Numbered from the stretch's first letter, positions 18,592 to 27,410 are shown. The stretch is 37,584 nt of DNA from a virus (IMGVR_UViG_3300027242_000010:1-37584); one strand, 5' to 3'. A program made the numbers and translations. The notes: generated by a model from the sequence alone, not told the origin.

Positions 18592-18721
18592 ATTTACGTC
18601 CTTGACCGCGGTATTTGCTTACTTTTCTGGTATGTTTGTTTTTACCTTTAGTAGCTTTTCCACTTTTACGTTTTCCGAACTGAACTTTTGCAGGACCAGC
18701 TCCACCTTTTGCCTTTGCCAT
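18590..18721 (-). CDS. Very basic 43-aa peptide MAKAKGGAGPAKVQFGKRKSGKATKGKNKHTRKVSKYRGQGRK
   Basis: Translated by hand: ATG at 18721, TAA at 18590 running into the terminator, upstream ATAAATA and A-rich leader. Confidence 0.75.
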   Translation of the reverse strand: MAKAKGGAGPAKVQFGKRKSGKATKGKNKHTRKVSKYRGQGRK

Positions 18722-18790
18722 AATGTTGGTTTAATATTTTTAGTTGGTTTCGATATTTATTTTCACTTATTGAAAAATAAATCACTAAAA

Positions 18791-18830
18791 GTTTTTTTAT
18801 GTCAAATATTTTGTTTATATTTGTATAGTA
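18791..18830 (+). promoter_or_regulatory. Early host-type promoter, TATGTCAA subtype
   Basis: GTTTTTTTATGTCAAATATTTTGTTTATATTTGTATA contains an exact TAnnTTTG. Confidence 0.7.
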
Positions 18831-18842
18831 ATAAATAAACAT

Positions 18843-19082
18843 ATGATAGAAAAGAGAAACAGAATTAAAAACGCAGTAGAAACATTCGGAACATTAGCAA
18901 TATTTTCTGACAATGAACAGCCTCTAAGGCATATCGCCGAAATCATCGGGATCAACGAGTATCAACTAACAGATGAGGCACATGATATTATTAATGGTAT
19001 GCTATCTGAACTCCAGTATATCACGGATGAACAGATAGAAACTAGGATTTGGCCTCTTATGGAAGAATTTCAGTATGTGTAA
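18843..19082 (+). CDS. Hypothetical protein
   Basis: 79-aa ORF directly after a promoter. Confidence 0.7.
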   Translation: MIEKRNRIKNAVETFGTLAIFSDNEQPLRHIAEIIGINEYQLTDEAHDIINGMLSELQYITDEQIETRIWPLMEEFQYV

Positions 19083-19124
19083 ACAAATCGAAATTTGATA
19101 ATATAATAAAGAGAAAACATACAA

Positions 19125-19832
19125 ATGAGAATCACACTAATTTCAGATACGCACACTAAACACGACGAATTAGATTGGGACAAAACAGATCTTCCAGGTG
19201 GAGACTTGTTAATCCATGCTGGAGACATTATGAACTCAGGTTATAATGCAACCGACATTACAGATTTTTGCAAATGGTTTGATGGCTTAGAACAATATCA
19301 CCATAAAGTCTTTATTGCTGGAAATCATGATCGAATGTTTGAAAATGTACCAGAAAAGGCAATGGAAATTGTTAATTCATATAAGTGGATTGATTATTTA
19401 CAGGATGATTGGATTGAAGCTGGAGATGATAATGAAATTGCTAAAATTTACGGTAGTCCTTGGCAACCAGAATTTTACAATTGGGCATTTAACTTGCCTC
19501 GTCAAGGAAAAGAATTAGAAGCTAAATGGGCCGCAATTCCAACTGACACCGATATTTTAATCACGCATGGTCCAGCACAAGGACATTTAGATATGAGTGG
19601 ACCTCCATATAATGAGCCTAACTTAGGGTGTCCATTATTAAGGCATCATATTGATACAGTTTCTAGACCAAAGATTCATGTTTGTGGTCATATCCATGGC
19701 GGTTATGGTTATAAGTTCGATGGACAGACACATTTTTTTAACGCATCTATTCTAAACGAAAGATATGATTATGTCAATAAACCAGTCACGTTTGACTGGA
19801 ACCCAGAAACCAACGAAGTTACATTTATTTAA
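19125..19832 (+). CDS. Metallophosphoesterase (calcineurin-like, MPPED-type)
   Basis: SDTH, HAGD, AGNHD, THGP and GHIH motifs all intact. Confidence 0.92.
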   Translation: MRITLISDTHTKHDELDWDKTDLPGGDLLIHAGDIMNSGYNATDITDFCKWFDGLEQYHHKVFIAGNHDRMFENVPEKAMEIVNSYKWIDYLQDDWIEAGDDNEIAKIYGSPWQPEFYNWAFNLPRQGKELEAKWAAIPTDTDILITHGPAQGHLDMSGPPYNEPNLGCPLLRHHIDTVSRPKIHVCGHIHGGYGYKFDGQTHFFNASILNERYDYVNKPVTFDWNPETNEVTFI

Positions 19833-19843
19833 AAATTAAAATT

Positions 19844-20479
19844 ATGGAAATAGGATTTGCAGATTCTTTTGGAAAGAGTCTTAAGAAGTTAATTTGGCAA
19901 GAGTCGAAAATTTATAAATTTTACAATTTTTTTAGAAGAGACATTGGTCGTTTTGTAAAAAATGTTTGGCTTTTTAGAAAGGCTCTAGCTAGTTATTACT
20001 GGTGGGATCATCATGGAACCCTAGTATTCTTAGAAACAGGATTAACTAACATGTCTGATAACATGGAAGTTAGAGGAAATGAGGTTGAAGAATCAAGAAT
20101 GAAAAAAGTGGCAGCAATGCGTAGAGCTGTTGAACTCATTAAAAATTATAATGAGAGCAACTATGTCGATATGGCCGAAGCTGAATTAGGAGAATTGTAT
20201 CAGCGAGATTGGGAATTTGAAGATGTTCCAGATAAACCAGGTTTTAGTCGATTGGTAGAGAATGAAACTCCTGCTGAAAAGAAGCATAACCGTAAAGTAT
20301 TTAATCGATCTCGTCAAATCGAAGAGCAAGAATGGAAAGAGCTTTTTACAATCTTAGAGGGTCAAAATCATGCTGAATATAAAAAGATTGTAAAAAATGC
20401 AACTGAAGAAGAACGTAAAAATGGCGATCTTTGGAACAATTGGTACAATGGAACCGGATTAAACGGCTGGTGGGATTAA
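19844..20479 (+). CDS. Hypothetical protein
   Basis: 211-aa ORF ending GWWD. Confidence 0.75.
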   Translation: MEIGFADSFGKSLKKLIWQESKIYKFYNFFRRDIGRFVKNVWLFRKALASYYWWDHHGTLVFLETGLTNMSDNMEVRGNEVEESRMKKVAAMRRAVELIKNYNESNYVDMAEAELGELYQRDWEFEDVPDKPGFSRLVENETPAEKKHNRKVFNRSRQIEEQEWKELFTILEGQNHAEYKKIVKNATEEERKNGDLWNNWYNGTGLNGWWD

Positions 20480-20521
20480 AGAACTGTAGATAATTTAATA
20501 TAAAACTTAAAAGAAAATTCA

Positions 20522-21541
20522 ATGAAATCAATCCATGACGTGGAAGACCACGATGACGAAATAACAGATCACGAAGTTGCTCTTGAAATGATTAAGTATG
20601 AGAGAGAATCAGAAAAAGAAAAGGAAGAGAAGAAAGAATTAGAGAAAGGTTACACTCAATGGTCGATTTTAGGAAATGGCAAGTATGGTCCAAGTTTTCC
20701 AACAACTGCGAAGTTACCAGCTGGTTTTTATGAAATTAAATACGACCATTCGATCGGTTCTCCGATTATGGTCCATAAACCAGTAAACAGCGATGAGTTG
20801 TTTGAATTACCTTCAAAAGAAATTATTGACATCATCGAAGATATTAGTAAATTCTGGGCAAACGCTGAAAAGTACAAGGAATACAACTTTGTACACAAGA
20901 GAGGTATTTTATTATATGGCGAACCAGGTTGCGGTAAATCTGGAATCATTCAACTGTGTACAAATCACTTGATAAAAAACATGAATGGTATTGTAATTAA
21001 TATCACAAATGCTGACGCAATCGAGAAATATACCGAGTTTATTGATTCAATTCGATTAATCGAGCCAAATAGACCAATCATTGTTATCTTAGAGGATATT
21101 GATTCTATTGCAGGTGAAGAGAGATACAATACCTCGTTAATTCTAAACATCCTGGATGGTGTTAAACAAATTGACAATATTGTTTATATTGCAACAACTA
21201 ATTACCCAGAGAAGTTAGAGGAGAGAATCTCAAATCGTCCATCTCGTTTTGACAGAAGATATGAAGTTGAAATGCCGACCGCTGAAGTTAGAGAATCTTA
21301 TTTGCGTAATAAATTAACCAAAGAAGATATTAAGAAGGTTAATATTACTGAATGGGTTGAAAAAAGCGAAGGAATGTCTCTTGCACACATGAGAGAATTG
21401 GTAATTTCAGTCATGACTCTAGATAATACGTTTGAAGAAACTATTGAAAGGTTAAATGGTTTTAAAATTAAACCAAGAATCAAGAGCAAAAATAAAAAAG
21501 TAGGTTTTGGACTACACGGTAGCGAAACCTCAATTGGATAA
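20522..21541 (+). CDS. AAA+ ATPase
   Basis: RGILLYGEPGCGKS, ILEDID, LNILDG, ATTNYPE and RPSRFD. Confidence 0.9.
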   Translation: MKSIHDVEDHDDEITDHEVALEMIKYERESEKEKEEKKELEKGYTQWSILGNGKYGPSFPTTAKLPAGFYEIKYDHSIGSPIMVHKPVNSDELFELPSKEIIDIIEDISKFWANAEKYKEYNFVHKRGILLYGEPGCGKSGIIQLCTNHLIKNMNGIVINITNADAIEKYTEFIDSIRLIEPNRPIIVILEDIDSIAGEERYNTSLILNILDGVKQIDNIVYIATTNYPEKLEERISNRPSRFDRRYEVEMPTAEVRESYLRNKLTKEDIKKVNITEWVEKSEGMSLAHMRELVISVMTLDNTFEETIERLNGFKIKPRIKSKNKKVGFGLHGSETSIG

Positions 21542-21542
21542 T

Positions 21543-22256
21543 ATGGTAACATTTTTAATTACAAGTTGCGGTCGACTGGACCTATTAGAAAGAACTATTG
21601 ATAGCTTCTTGAAATTTAATCAATGTCCTATCGAAAGGTATATTATAACCGAAGATTCAGCAGATCCAAAGATTTACAAACAATGTAAAGAGTTAAATAA
21701 AAAATATGGCGGAATGCTAGAATTTATATTTAACAAAAATAAGCTTGGTCAAAGCAGGACAATCGACCAAGCTTATTCACAAATCACAACACCCTATGTT
21801 TTTCATTGTGAAGATGATTGGGAATTCTATGCTGGCGGATTCATTGAAAAATCAATGGCTCTTCTAGAATCTAGACCAGAAATCTTACAAGCATGGATTC
21901 GGCCAAAGGCAGATGGTATCTTAAATGCGATTAACTCCGAGGTATTCTATACTGAGAATGGTATTCCATTTCGTAGTGTTGTCCCTACTAGTTTCTATAC
22001 CGGCCAAGTTTTAGAAAATGGAGAGAAGGAAACTGTAATAAATTATGCAGGTTTCTCATACAATCCAGGACTAAAGAGAATGAAAGATTATTTTAAACTT
22101 GGGTCAGGTGGTTATAGTCAATTTGGAAAAGAACATTGGGTTGATAAGTACTACAGAGATTTAGGCTACCGATTCGTTTCAATGACAATGAACGACCAAG
22201 ATGGTTATGTCAAACATATCGGATGGGATCGCCGAGTTGAAAATACAATTCACTAG
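21543..22256 (+). CDS. Glycosyltransferase, GT-A/GT2-like
   Basis: ITSCGR.DLL..T..SF, EDS, FHCEDDW and HIG motifs; start moved to ATG 21543. Confidence 0.75.
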   Translation: MVTFLITSCGRLDLLERTIDSFLKFNQCPIERYIITEDSADPKIYKQCKELNKKYGGMLEFIFNKNKLGQSRTIDQAYSQITTPYVFHCEDDWEFYAGGFIEKSMALLESRPEILQAWIRPKADGILNAINSEVFYTENGIPFRSVVPTSFYTGQVLENGEKETVINYAGFSYNPGLKRMKDYFKLGSGGYSQFGKEHWVDKYYRDLGYRFVSMTMNDQDGYVKHIGWDRRVENTIH

Positions 22257-22261
22257 AAAAA

Positions 22262-22342
22262 TGTTAATAACTTTTTGAAAATAATTCACTAAATAGTTTC
22301 GGGTTTGAAAAATTATGTTTATATTTACATATAACAAATTAA
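22262..22342 (+). promoter_or_regulatory. Early host-type promoter, GTTTGAAA subtype, with upstream TGTTAATAAC box (copy 1 of an 81-bp repeat)
   Basis: Contains TTTG and TATATTTA; nearly identical to 24448-24529. Confidence 0.75.
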
Positions 22343-22354
22343 CAAAGAAACATT

Positions 22355-22759
22355 ATGATGAATTCAATTCAAAAACAAGTTAGAATTTCTTTAAGTCCTT
22401 CATCTGAACAGTACGCTCTAATCAGAGCAGAATATCTTAAACAGACTGGTTCTGATAATTACTATGACAATCCGGATTTTTTCGATGGTCTAGTTAAAAT
22501 GCACATGGAAGAATGGACATTGGAGAATGTTACGTTCACACAAGCTCAAGCCTTTGCTGAGCCGATTCGTATTGCGAATCCTGACCAATGTGTTTCTCTT
22601 TATAATGATAAGACAAACAGTTTTATCGGTAACACATCTTGGAATGACCAAATCAAAATGTTTTGGGAATACCCAGTCTATACTGAAACTGGTGCAGAAA
22701 TCATGATGATGCGCCAAACTGAAGCAGCGGATCAAGGTCTAATCGCCGCATGGGAATAA
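22355..22759 (+). CDS. Hypothetical early protein
   Basis: 134-aa ORF after a promoter. Confidence 0.75.
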   Translation: MMNSIQKQVRISLSPSSEQYALIRAEYLKQTGSDNYYDNPDFFDGLVKMHMEEWTLENVTFTQAQAFAEPIRIANPDQCVSLYNDKTNSFIGNTSWNDQIKMFWEYPVYTETGAEIMMMRQTEAADQGLIAAWE

Positions 22760-22762
22760 CCT

Positions 22763-22830
22763 TTTAAAAATAATTGCATAAATATTTTTTTATGTCAATT
22801 ATTTTGTTTATATTTACATATAACAAATTA
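22763..22830 (+). promoter_or_regulatory. Early host-type promoter, TATGTCAA subtype
   Basis: Near-identical to 2173-2233. Confidence 0.72.
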
Positions 22831-22842
22831 AAAATAACAATT

Positions 22843-23166
22843 ATGAACATCCAAGATCAAATCTCTCTAGTAGAAAAAGAAGTAAAACAATTCTACGATG
22901 CAAACACCACATGGTGTAAGTTAGAAAACCTTAGTGAAAATGAGAAATCTCATATCATCAGAATCGGAACCTCGATCCTTTGTACAAAATGGAAAATAGG
23001 CTATGAAGGTGGTGGATTCGTCCAAGCATTCGTTAGTAACAACTTAATGGGAGCCCTTGGACAGGCTGATGATACAACCATCAAAGGACTTAAGTTCTTC
23101 AGCGGATTGGTATACAATGTTGGAAAACCAATGAAGTTATGTCAACTTGAATTAAACGCAGATTAA
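22843..23166 (+). CDS. Hypothetical early protein
   Basis: Start moved to ATG 22843 (MNIQDQ) because the track start lies inside the promoter. Confidence 0.72.
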   Translation: MNIQDQISLVEKEVKQFYDANTTWCKLENLSENEKSHIIRIGTSILCTKWKIGYEGGGFVQAFVSNNLMGALGQADDTTIKGLKFFSGLVYNVGKPMKLCQLELNAD

Positions 23167-23516
23167 TGGAGAAGTTCATTATCAAACCACACAGACAGTA
23201 TGGTACCGTCTTTGGATTTGTAAATACCCTAAGTGGTACTTATATATGTCCGGGTTGGTACCCTGTTCCAGCTGGAACCCTTCGCGAACAAGTAGAGTTT
23301 GATATGAGTGATTATGTTGCACGAGAAACAAAGACTCCAGAAGTGACGAAAACACTAGTCTCAAAGGTCTACAAAGTTGAAGCTTCTAAGCCGGGTAACT
23401 TCTACGAAGTTAAAAACCAGAATGGGGATTGGAGTTGTAGTTGCCCTTCAGCATCTTTCCACAGAGGAGATTGTAAACATATTAAAAAACTAAAAGAAAG
23501 TGCCACAGATATTTAA
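23166..23516 (+). CDS. SWIM zinc-finger protein
   Basis: YEV...WSCSCP...CKHI (CxC...CxH). Confidence 0.8.
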   Translation: MEKFIIKPHRQYGTVFGFVNTLSGTYICPGWYPVPAGTLREQVEFDMSDYVARETKTPEVTKTLVSKVYKVEASKPGNFYEVKNQNGDWSCSCPSASFHRGDCKHIKKLKESATDI

Positions 23517-24237
23517 AGTAGGAGGTTGTGTAAGAGATAAATTCCTTGGAGTCGATTCTAAGGATATTGATTTTACTTTTGTGCTAGACGAACTAGACGA
23601 GACCGTAGAACAAGGATTCCAAATCATGACTGAATGGATGACTGAAAGAGGATTTGAAATTTTCTTAAGTACTCCAGATTGTTTCACAATTCGCGCAAGA
23701 TTTCCAAAAGACCATCAATTTAATGGTATGGTAGCCGATTTCGTAATGGCTCGTAAAGAAGTTGGATATGTTGAAGGAACTCGTAGACCAATCTTGGAAC
23801 TTGGAACTCTGCATGATGATTTACTACGTCGAGATTTTACAGTTAACGCCATCGCCGAATCAGTTGATGGAGAGATTATTGATCCATTTGGCGGAGTAGC
23901 CGATTTGAAACTTGGAATCTTAAGAACTCCACTTCCAGCCGAGCAGACGATGATGGACGATCCATTGAGAATCCTAAGAGCCTTAAGATTTCAAATCACT
24001 AAAGGTTTTAGCATTCATGAAGATATTTGGATGGCAATGGCTCAACCAGAAATCTTAGAGAAATTAAAGACTACTGTTAGCGCTGAAAGAATTAGAGACG
24101 AAGTTTTCAAAATGATGAAACAAGATACACCAATGACTATAAAAGTATTAAGTCTTGTTGATAATCACTCTATTCCAGGATTTATTGACTTAGTATTTGG
24201 TCGAGGTTTATGGTTAAAACCAACTTTTGAACTATGA
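23500..24237 (+). CDS. tRNA nucleotidyltransferase (class II CCA-adding / poly(A) polymerase family)
   Basis: VGGCVRD, KDIDF, DL.RRDFTVNA, DPFGG..DL, DDPLRILRA.RF and SAERI; GTG start. Confidence 0.88.
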   Translation: MPQIFKVGGCVRDKFLGVDSKDIDFTFVLDELDETVEQGFQIMTEWMTERGFEIFLSTPDCFTIRARFPKDHQFNGMVADFVMARKEVGYVEGTRRPILELGTLHDDLLRRDFTVNAIAESVDGEIIDPFGGVADLKLGILRTPLPAEQTMMDDPLRILRALRFQITKGFSIHEDIWMAMAQPEILEKLKTTVSAERIRDEVFKMMKQDTPMTIKVLSLVDNHSIPGFIDLVFGRGLWLKPTFEL

Positions 24238-24374
24238 AAATAATCTACATGGAACAGACAATCAACTTGATTGCCGCTCAAAGTAAAGAACTAGCATCTG
24301 CCATAATCCAGTCGGGTGTAGTCAAAGAATTAAATGGATTTAAATATTTATTAATTGAAGAAAATGAACAATAA
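24234..24374 (+). CDS. Small hypothetical protein (46 aa)
   Basis: Translated by hand: MKIIYMEQ...EENEQ, ATGA overlap. Confidence 0.5.
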   Translation: MKIIYMEQTINLIAAQSKELASAIIQSGVVKELNGFKYLLIEENEQ

Positions 24375-24453
24375 AACACAAGACACAGCAGTAACAATCG
24401 GAATCGTAGCATGGTTCGTAATAATCATTGCAATTTCTGTAATAATTTGTTAA
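24364..24453 (+). CDS. 29-aa single-pass membrane peptide MNNKTQDTAVTIGIVAWFVIIIAISVIIC
   Basis: Translated by hand; one uninterrupted hydrophobic stretch. Confidence 0.45.
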   Translation: MNNKTQDTAVTIGIVAWFVIIIAISVIIC

Positions 24454-24529
24454 TAACTTTTTTGAAAATAATTCATTAAACAGTTTCGGGTTTGAAAAAT
24501 TATGTTTATATTTACATATAACAAATTAA
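24448..24529 (+). promoter_or_regulatory. Early host-type promoter (copy 2 of the 81-bp repeat)
   Basis: Differs from 22262-22342 by one indel and two substitutions. Confidence 0.75.
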
Positions 24530-24541
24530 AACTTATACAAG

Positions 24542-24781
24542 ATGAACGCATTCTTTCAAACATTAACCGGAGTTAACAAAGTACTTTACAAAACTTCTTA
24601 TGAGTTTCACATGAAGTACAGCACAAATGCAACTGAAGAATCAGCTCACCAAGCTGGTCTAGATAAAATCAAGAGTGTTAGCAAATTAAGTGAAGAACTT
24701 AGCAAACCTCAAACTTACGTGGACCTTTCTACTGGAAAGAGATTCCGTTGTACTGAAAATGAATTAAGATACAGAAGCTAA
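24542..24781 (+). CDS. Hypothetical early protein
   Basis: 79-aa ORF after a promoter. Confidence 0.7.
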   Translation: MNAFFQTLTGVNKVLYKTSYEFHMKYSTNATEESAHQAGLDKIKSVSKLSEELSKPQTYVDLSTGKRFRCTENELRYRS

Positions 24782-24811
24782 TTACATATAACAAATTAAA
24801 ACTAAAATCAC

Positions 24812-25156
24812 ATGAACAAAGCACAATCACTTAGACTATTTGAAGTAACAAGTCAACGTCAAGCCGATAACGGTACCGTATGTTTCCACGACCCAATTGC
24901 AAATTGCGATTATATGAGCTATGAAAGTGGCTATGTTCGTCGTAAATATTCTGCTCGAAATTGGAGAGGTAATGTCATCAACACAGTTTACCAATTGAAT
25001 AAAACTCGCCAAGTTCCAACTGAATATACTAATTGGAATGGCAACGTTTATACTTCTACAAAAACTGAACGTATCCTAGAAATGGATCCAGAAAAAAGAA
25101 TGGAAATTATCTACCGTGGAGCTACAAATTATCGTAGAACTCTAGGTAAAATCTAA
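24812..25156 (+). CDS. Hypothetical early protein
   Basis: 114-aa ORF preceded by the leader remnant TTACATATAACAAATTAAA. Confidence 0.72.
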   Translation: MNKAQSLRLFEVTSQRQADNGTVCFHDPIANCDYMSYESGYVRRKYSARNWRGNVINTVYQLNKTRQVPTEYTNWNGNVYTSTKTERILEMDPEKRMEIIYRGATNYRRTLGKI

Positions 25157-25590
25157 TGACTAGAATCAACGGCACAATTCCACCAGCCGCTCTTTGCGAC
25201 CAACATCTAGTAGCCGAATATCGAGAGATATTAAGAACTACGGCGTTGGCCACAAAGAATCCAGTTGATCCGTCAAAGTTACCACAGAACTTTACCCTAG
25301 GAACTGGACATGTTAAATTCTTTTATAATAAGTTAAAGTATATCCATCATCGATTTAGCCAACTCCGACAGGAACTCTTAAACCGAGAATATGCGGCTAA
25401 TATTGAATGGGACGATGGACGTTTAAATGGTCGATTTGAACTCTACCACGAGTGGTTAGGGACAACAGAGGCTAATCAATTAGTTATTGATAGAATATAT
25501 GAACGCGCTATTACAATGAAGAAAATCACATTCAGGAATAAACAAATTAGTGCTGAGCAGTATAAGTTAATATTAAATAATTCAGTATGA
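25156..25590 (+). CDS. denV: Pyrimidine dimer DNA glycosylase (T4 endonuclease V-like)
   Basis: MTRIN, L.DQHL.AEYRE and FTLGTGHVKFFYNKL. Confidence 0.92.
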   Translation: MTRINGTIPPAALCDQHLVAEYREILRTTALATKNPVDPSKLPQNFTLGTGHVKFFYNKLKYIHHRFSQLRQELLNREYAANIEWDDGRLNGRFELYHEWLGTTEANQLVIDRIYERAITMKKITFRNKQISAEQYKLILNNSV

Positions 25591-26021
25591 CAAGAGAAGA
25601 GTTCGACTTATTTCTACAGAATGAAGTAGAAATTAAGAATTGGAAAGGTACAAAAATAGACTCATCTTATTTCTTTTCGTTTGAAGAAGGTTGGTTTGCC
25701 TTAACTGCTCAATTAATCAAAGATTGTTTAGCAGCTGGATGGGATGGAGACCTTCATCAGTCAAAAGAGAAATTTGGTGGATTAAGATTCTATATTGGTT
25801 CAGGTAGCGAAGAAATCTGGAAGATAATTCAAAAGGCTGAAGGAGACTCTTATGAAACATGCGAAATGTGTGGAACTACAGAACAGATTGGACATACCAG
25901 AGGCTGGATTTCTACGTTTTGTAAACCTTGCGCCGAAAAAGTATATTCTGAAAAGAATATCATGACTGCTACCCTAGAAGATTGGTGGAAACCAAAAGAA
26001 ACACCTCACGTATACGATTAA
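25587..26021 (+). CDS. Conserved phage hypothetical protein (KEKFGGLRFY, two CxxC)
   Basis: KEKFGGLRFY, TCEMCG and FCKPC. Confidence 0.75.
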   Translation: MTREEFDLFLQNEVEIKNWKGTKIDSSYFFSFEEGWFALTAQLIKDCLAAGWDGDLHQSKEKFGGLRFYIGSGSEEIWKIIQKAEGDSYETCEMCGTTEQIGHTRGWISTFCKPCAEKVYSEKNIMTATLEDWWKPKETPHVYD

Positions 26022-26030
26022 TACACAACT

Positions 26031-26909
26031 ATGCCAGAATTAGCAGAACTTAGACTAACCGCCGATTATATTAACCAAGAGGCAAAGAACCGAATTTTTA
26101 GTGGCGTTGTAAAGAATCCAGAACATAAAGGTGAAGAAGTCGAGATTGATTTTCCTTTTATTATAGAAGCCAAAAGCAGGGGAAAAGAATTAATGTTAAC
26201 CATTAGTACAGCTCCTGAATTTGTAACAGATCAAGTTGAAGTCAAACACCTGATGATGGGAATGGGCATGACTGGCTATTTTAAATGGCTTCAACCTGGA
26301 GCAATAGAAAAACATGCTCACTTGATGTTTAAAACAGAATCTGGTACATTAGCATTTGTTGATGTTCGTAGATTTGGCAAATGGAAATTAGGTTTTTGGA
26401 ACAAGGACAGGGGTCCAGATCCAACTCAACAATTCCAAGATTTTGTCCGTAATATTAAGAATAATCTACACAAAAAAGATTTTGATAAGCCAATTTGTGA
26501 GGTGCTGATGAATCAAAAATGGTTCAACGGAATTGGGAATTATCTTAGAGCCGAAATCTTATACCGAATGGATATTAATCCCTTTATGCCGGCAAGAGAA
26601 GCCTTAACCAAACATACCAGTATTTATAGTCTTTGTCGTACCATTCCAGAAACTGCTTATTTGCTAGGTGGTGGAGAATTAAAAGATTGGAAGAATCCAT
26701 TTCAATTTGAAACTCTTGAAGACGTTAAACTTGGTTGGAGCGAATTTATGCAATGTTATGGAAAACCTGGAATGGCAGCAATGATAGACAATAATGGAAA
26801 AGGCCGTAGATTCTGGTACAATCCAAAATGGCAGCAGCTCGACGAAGAAACATGGTGTCATTACAGCGGAATGCCTAGCCCGATGGCATATGAAACAAGA
26901 CTAAAATAA
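26031..26909 (+). CDS. nei: Fpg/Nei-family DNA glycosylase, NEIL1-like
   Basis: MPE, RGKEL, GMTG, FVDVRRFGKW, H2TH FNGIGNYLRAEILYR; no C-terminal four-Cys zinc finger. Confidence 0.9.
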   Translation: MPELAELRLTADYINQEAKNRIFSGVVKNPEHKGEEVEIDFPFIIEAKSRGKELMLTISTAPEFVTDQVEVKHLMMGMGMTGYFKWLQPGAIEKHAHLMFKTESGTLAFVDVRRFGKWKLGFWNKDRGPDPTQQFQDFVRNIKNNLHKKDFDKPICEVLMNQKWFNGIGNYLRAEILYRMDINPFMPAREALTKHTSIYSLCRTIPETAYLLGGGELKDWKNPFQFETLEDVKLGWSEFMQCYGKPGMAAMIDNNGKGRRFWYNPKWQQLDEETWCHYSGMPSPMAYETRLK

Positions 26910-26918
26910 AAAATATAA
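26893..26918 (+). promoter_or_regulatory. Putative middle promoter AAAC-N17-TATAA
   Basis: AAAC 26893-26896 and TATAA 26914-26918. The ATG follows 5 nt later, so the mRNA would be near-leaderless. Confidence 0.5.
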
Positions 26919-26923
26919 GAAGC

Positions 26924-27403
26924 ATGGATAGCAAAATTGTAATCGTCGGAAAGGCCGCATCAGGCAAAGATTATTTCCGTAAAATATTATCAGATAAGGG
27001 CTTTAAATCTGGTGTCTCACATACAACCCGGCCACCTAGGAAAGGAGAAGTCGATGGAGTTGATTATCATTTCATTACAGTAGAGCAGTTCAAGGCAATG
27101 ATCGCGAGTGATCAGCTGGTTGAATGGCAAGAGTTTGTCGGATTCTATTATGGCATTCATAAAGACGAATTTGAACGTTGTGATTCAATGATTTTAAATG
27201 TTGAAGGCCTGGCAATGTTACCAGCAGAGTATCGCCAAAGATGTTTTGTAACTTACTTAGATATACCATTTGACGTAAGAGCAGAACGCTTAGCAGGACG
27301 TGGAGATTCTCATGACCCATGGGAACGCCGAATCGAAGCCGATGAAAAACAGTATGAAAGTTTTACAAACTTTGACTGCCGGATAAACAATCCAAATTTT
27401 TAA
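26924..27403 (+). CDS. gmk: Guanylate kinase-like protein
   Basis: GKAASGKD, SHTTRPPRKGEVDGVDYHF and YYG. Confidence 0.88.
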   Translation: MDSKIVIVGKAASGKDYFRKILSDKGFKSGVSHTTRPPRKGEVDGVDYHFITVEQFKAMIASDQLVEWQEFVGFYYGIHKDEFERCDSMILNVEGLAMLPAEYRQRCFVTYLDIPFDVRAERLAGRGDSHDPWERRIEADEKQYESFTNFDCRINNPNF

Positions 27404-27410
27404 TATATAA
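27385..27410 (+). promoter_or_regulatory. Putative middle promoter AAAC-N17-TATAA
   Basis: AAAC 27385-27388 and TATAA 27406-27410. Confidence 0.55.

Noticed and set aside
18602-18838. Plus-strand 78-aa ORF in the track
   Set aside because: TTG start, Phe-rich antisense shadow of the basic minus-strand peptide, and it runs through a promoter.
20481-20503. GAAC...TATAA upstream of the AAA+ gene as a middle promoter
   Set aside because: The spacer is 14 nt rather than 17.
21507-22842. Track start codons at 21507 and 22774
   Set aside because: The extensions overlap the previous gene or a promoter; ATGs at 21543 and 22843 fit better.
22262-24529. CRISPR array
   Set aside because: The repeats are kilobases apart and promoter-like, with no regular repeat-spacer pattern and no cas genes.
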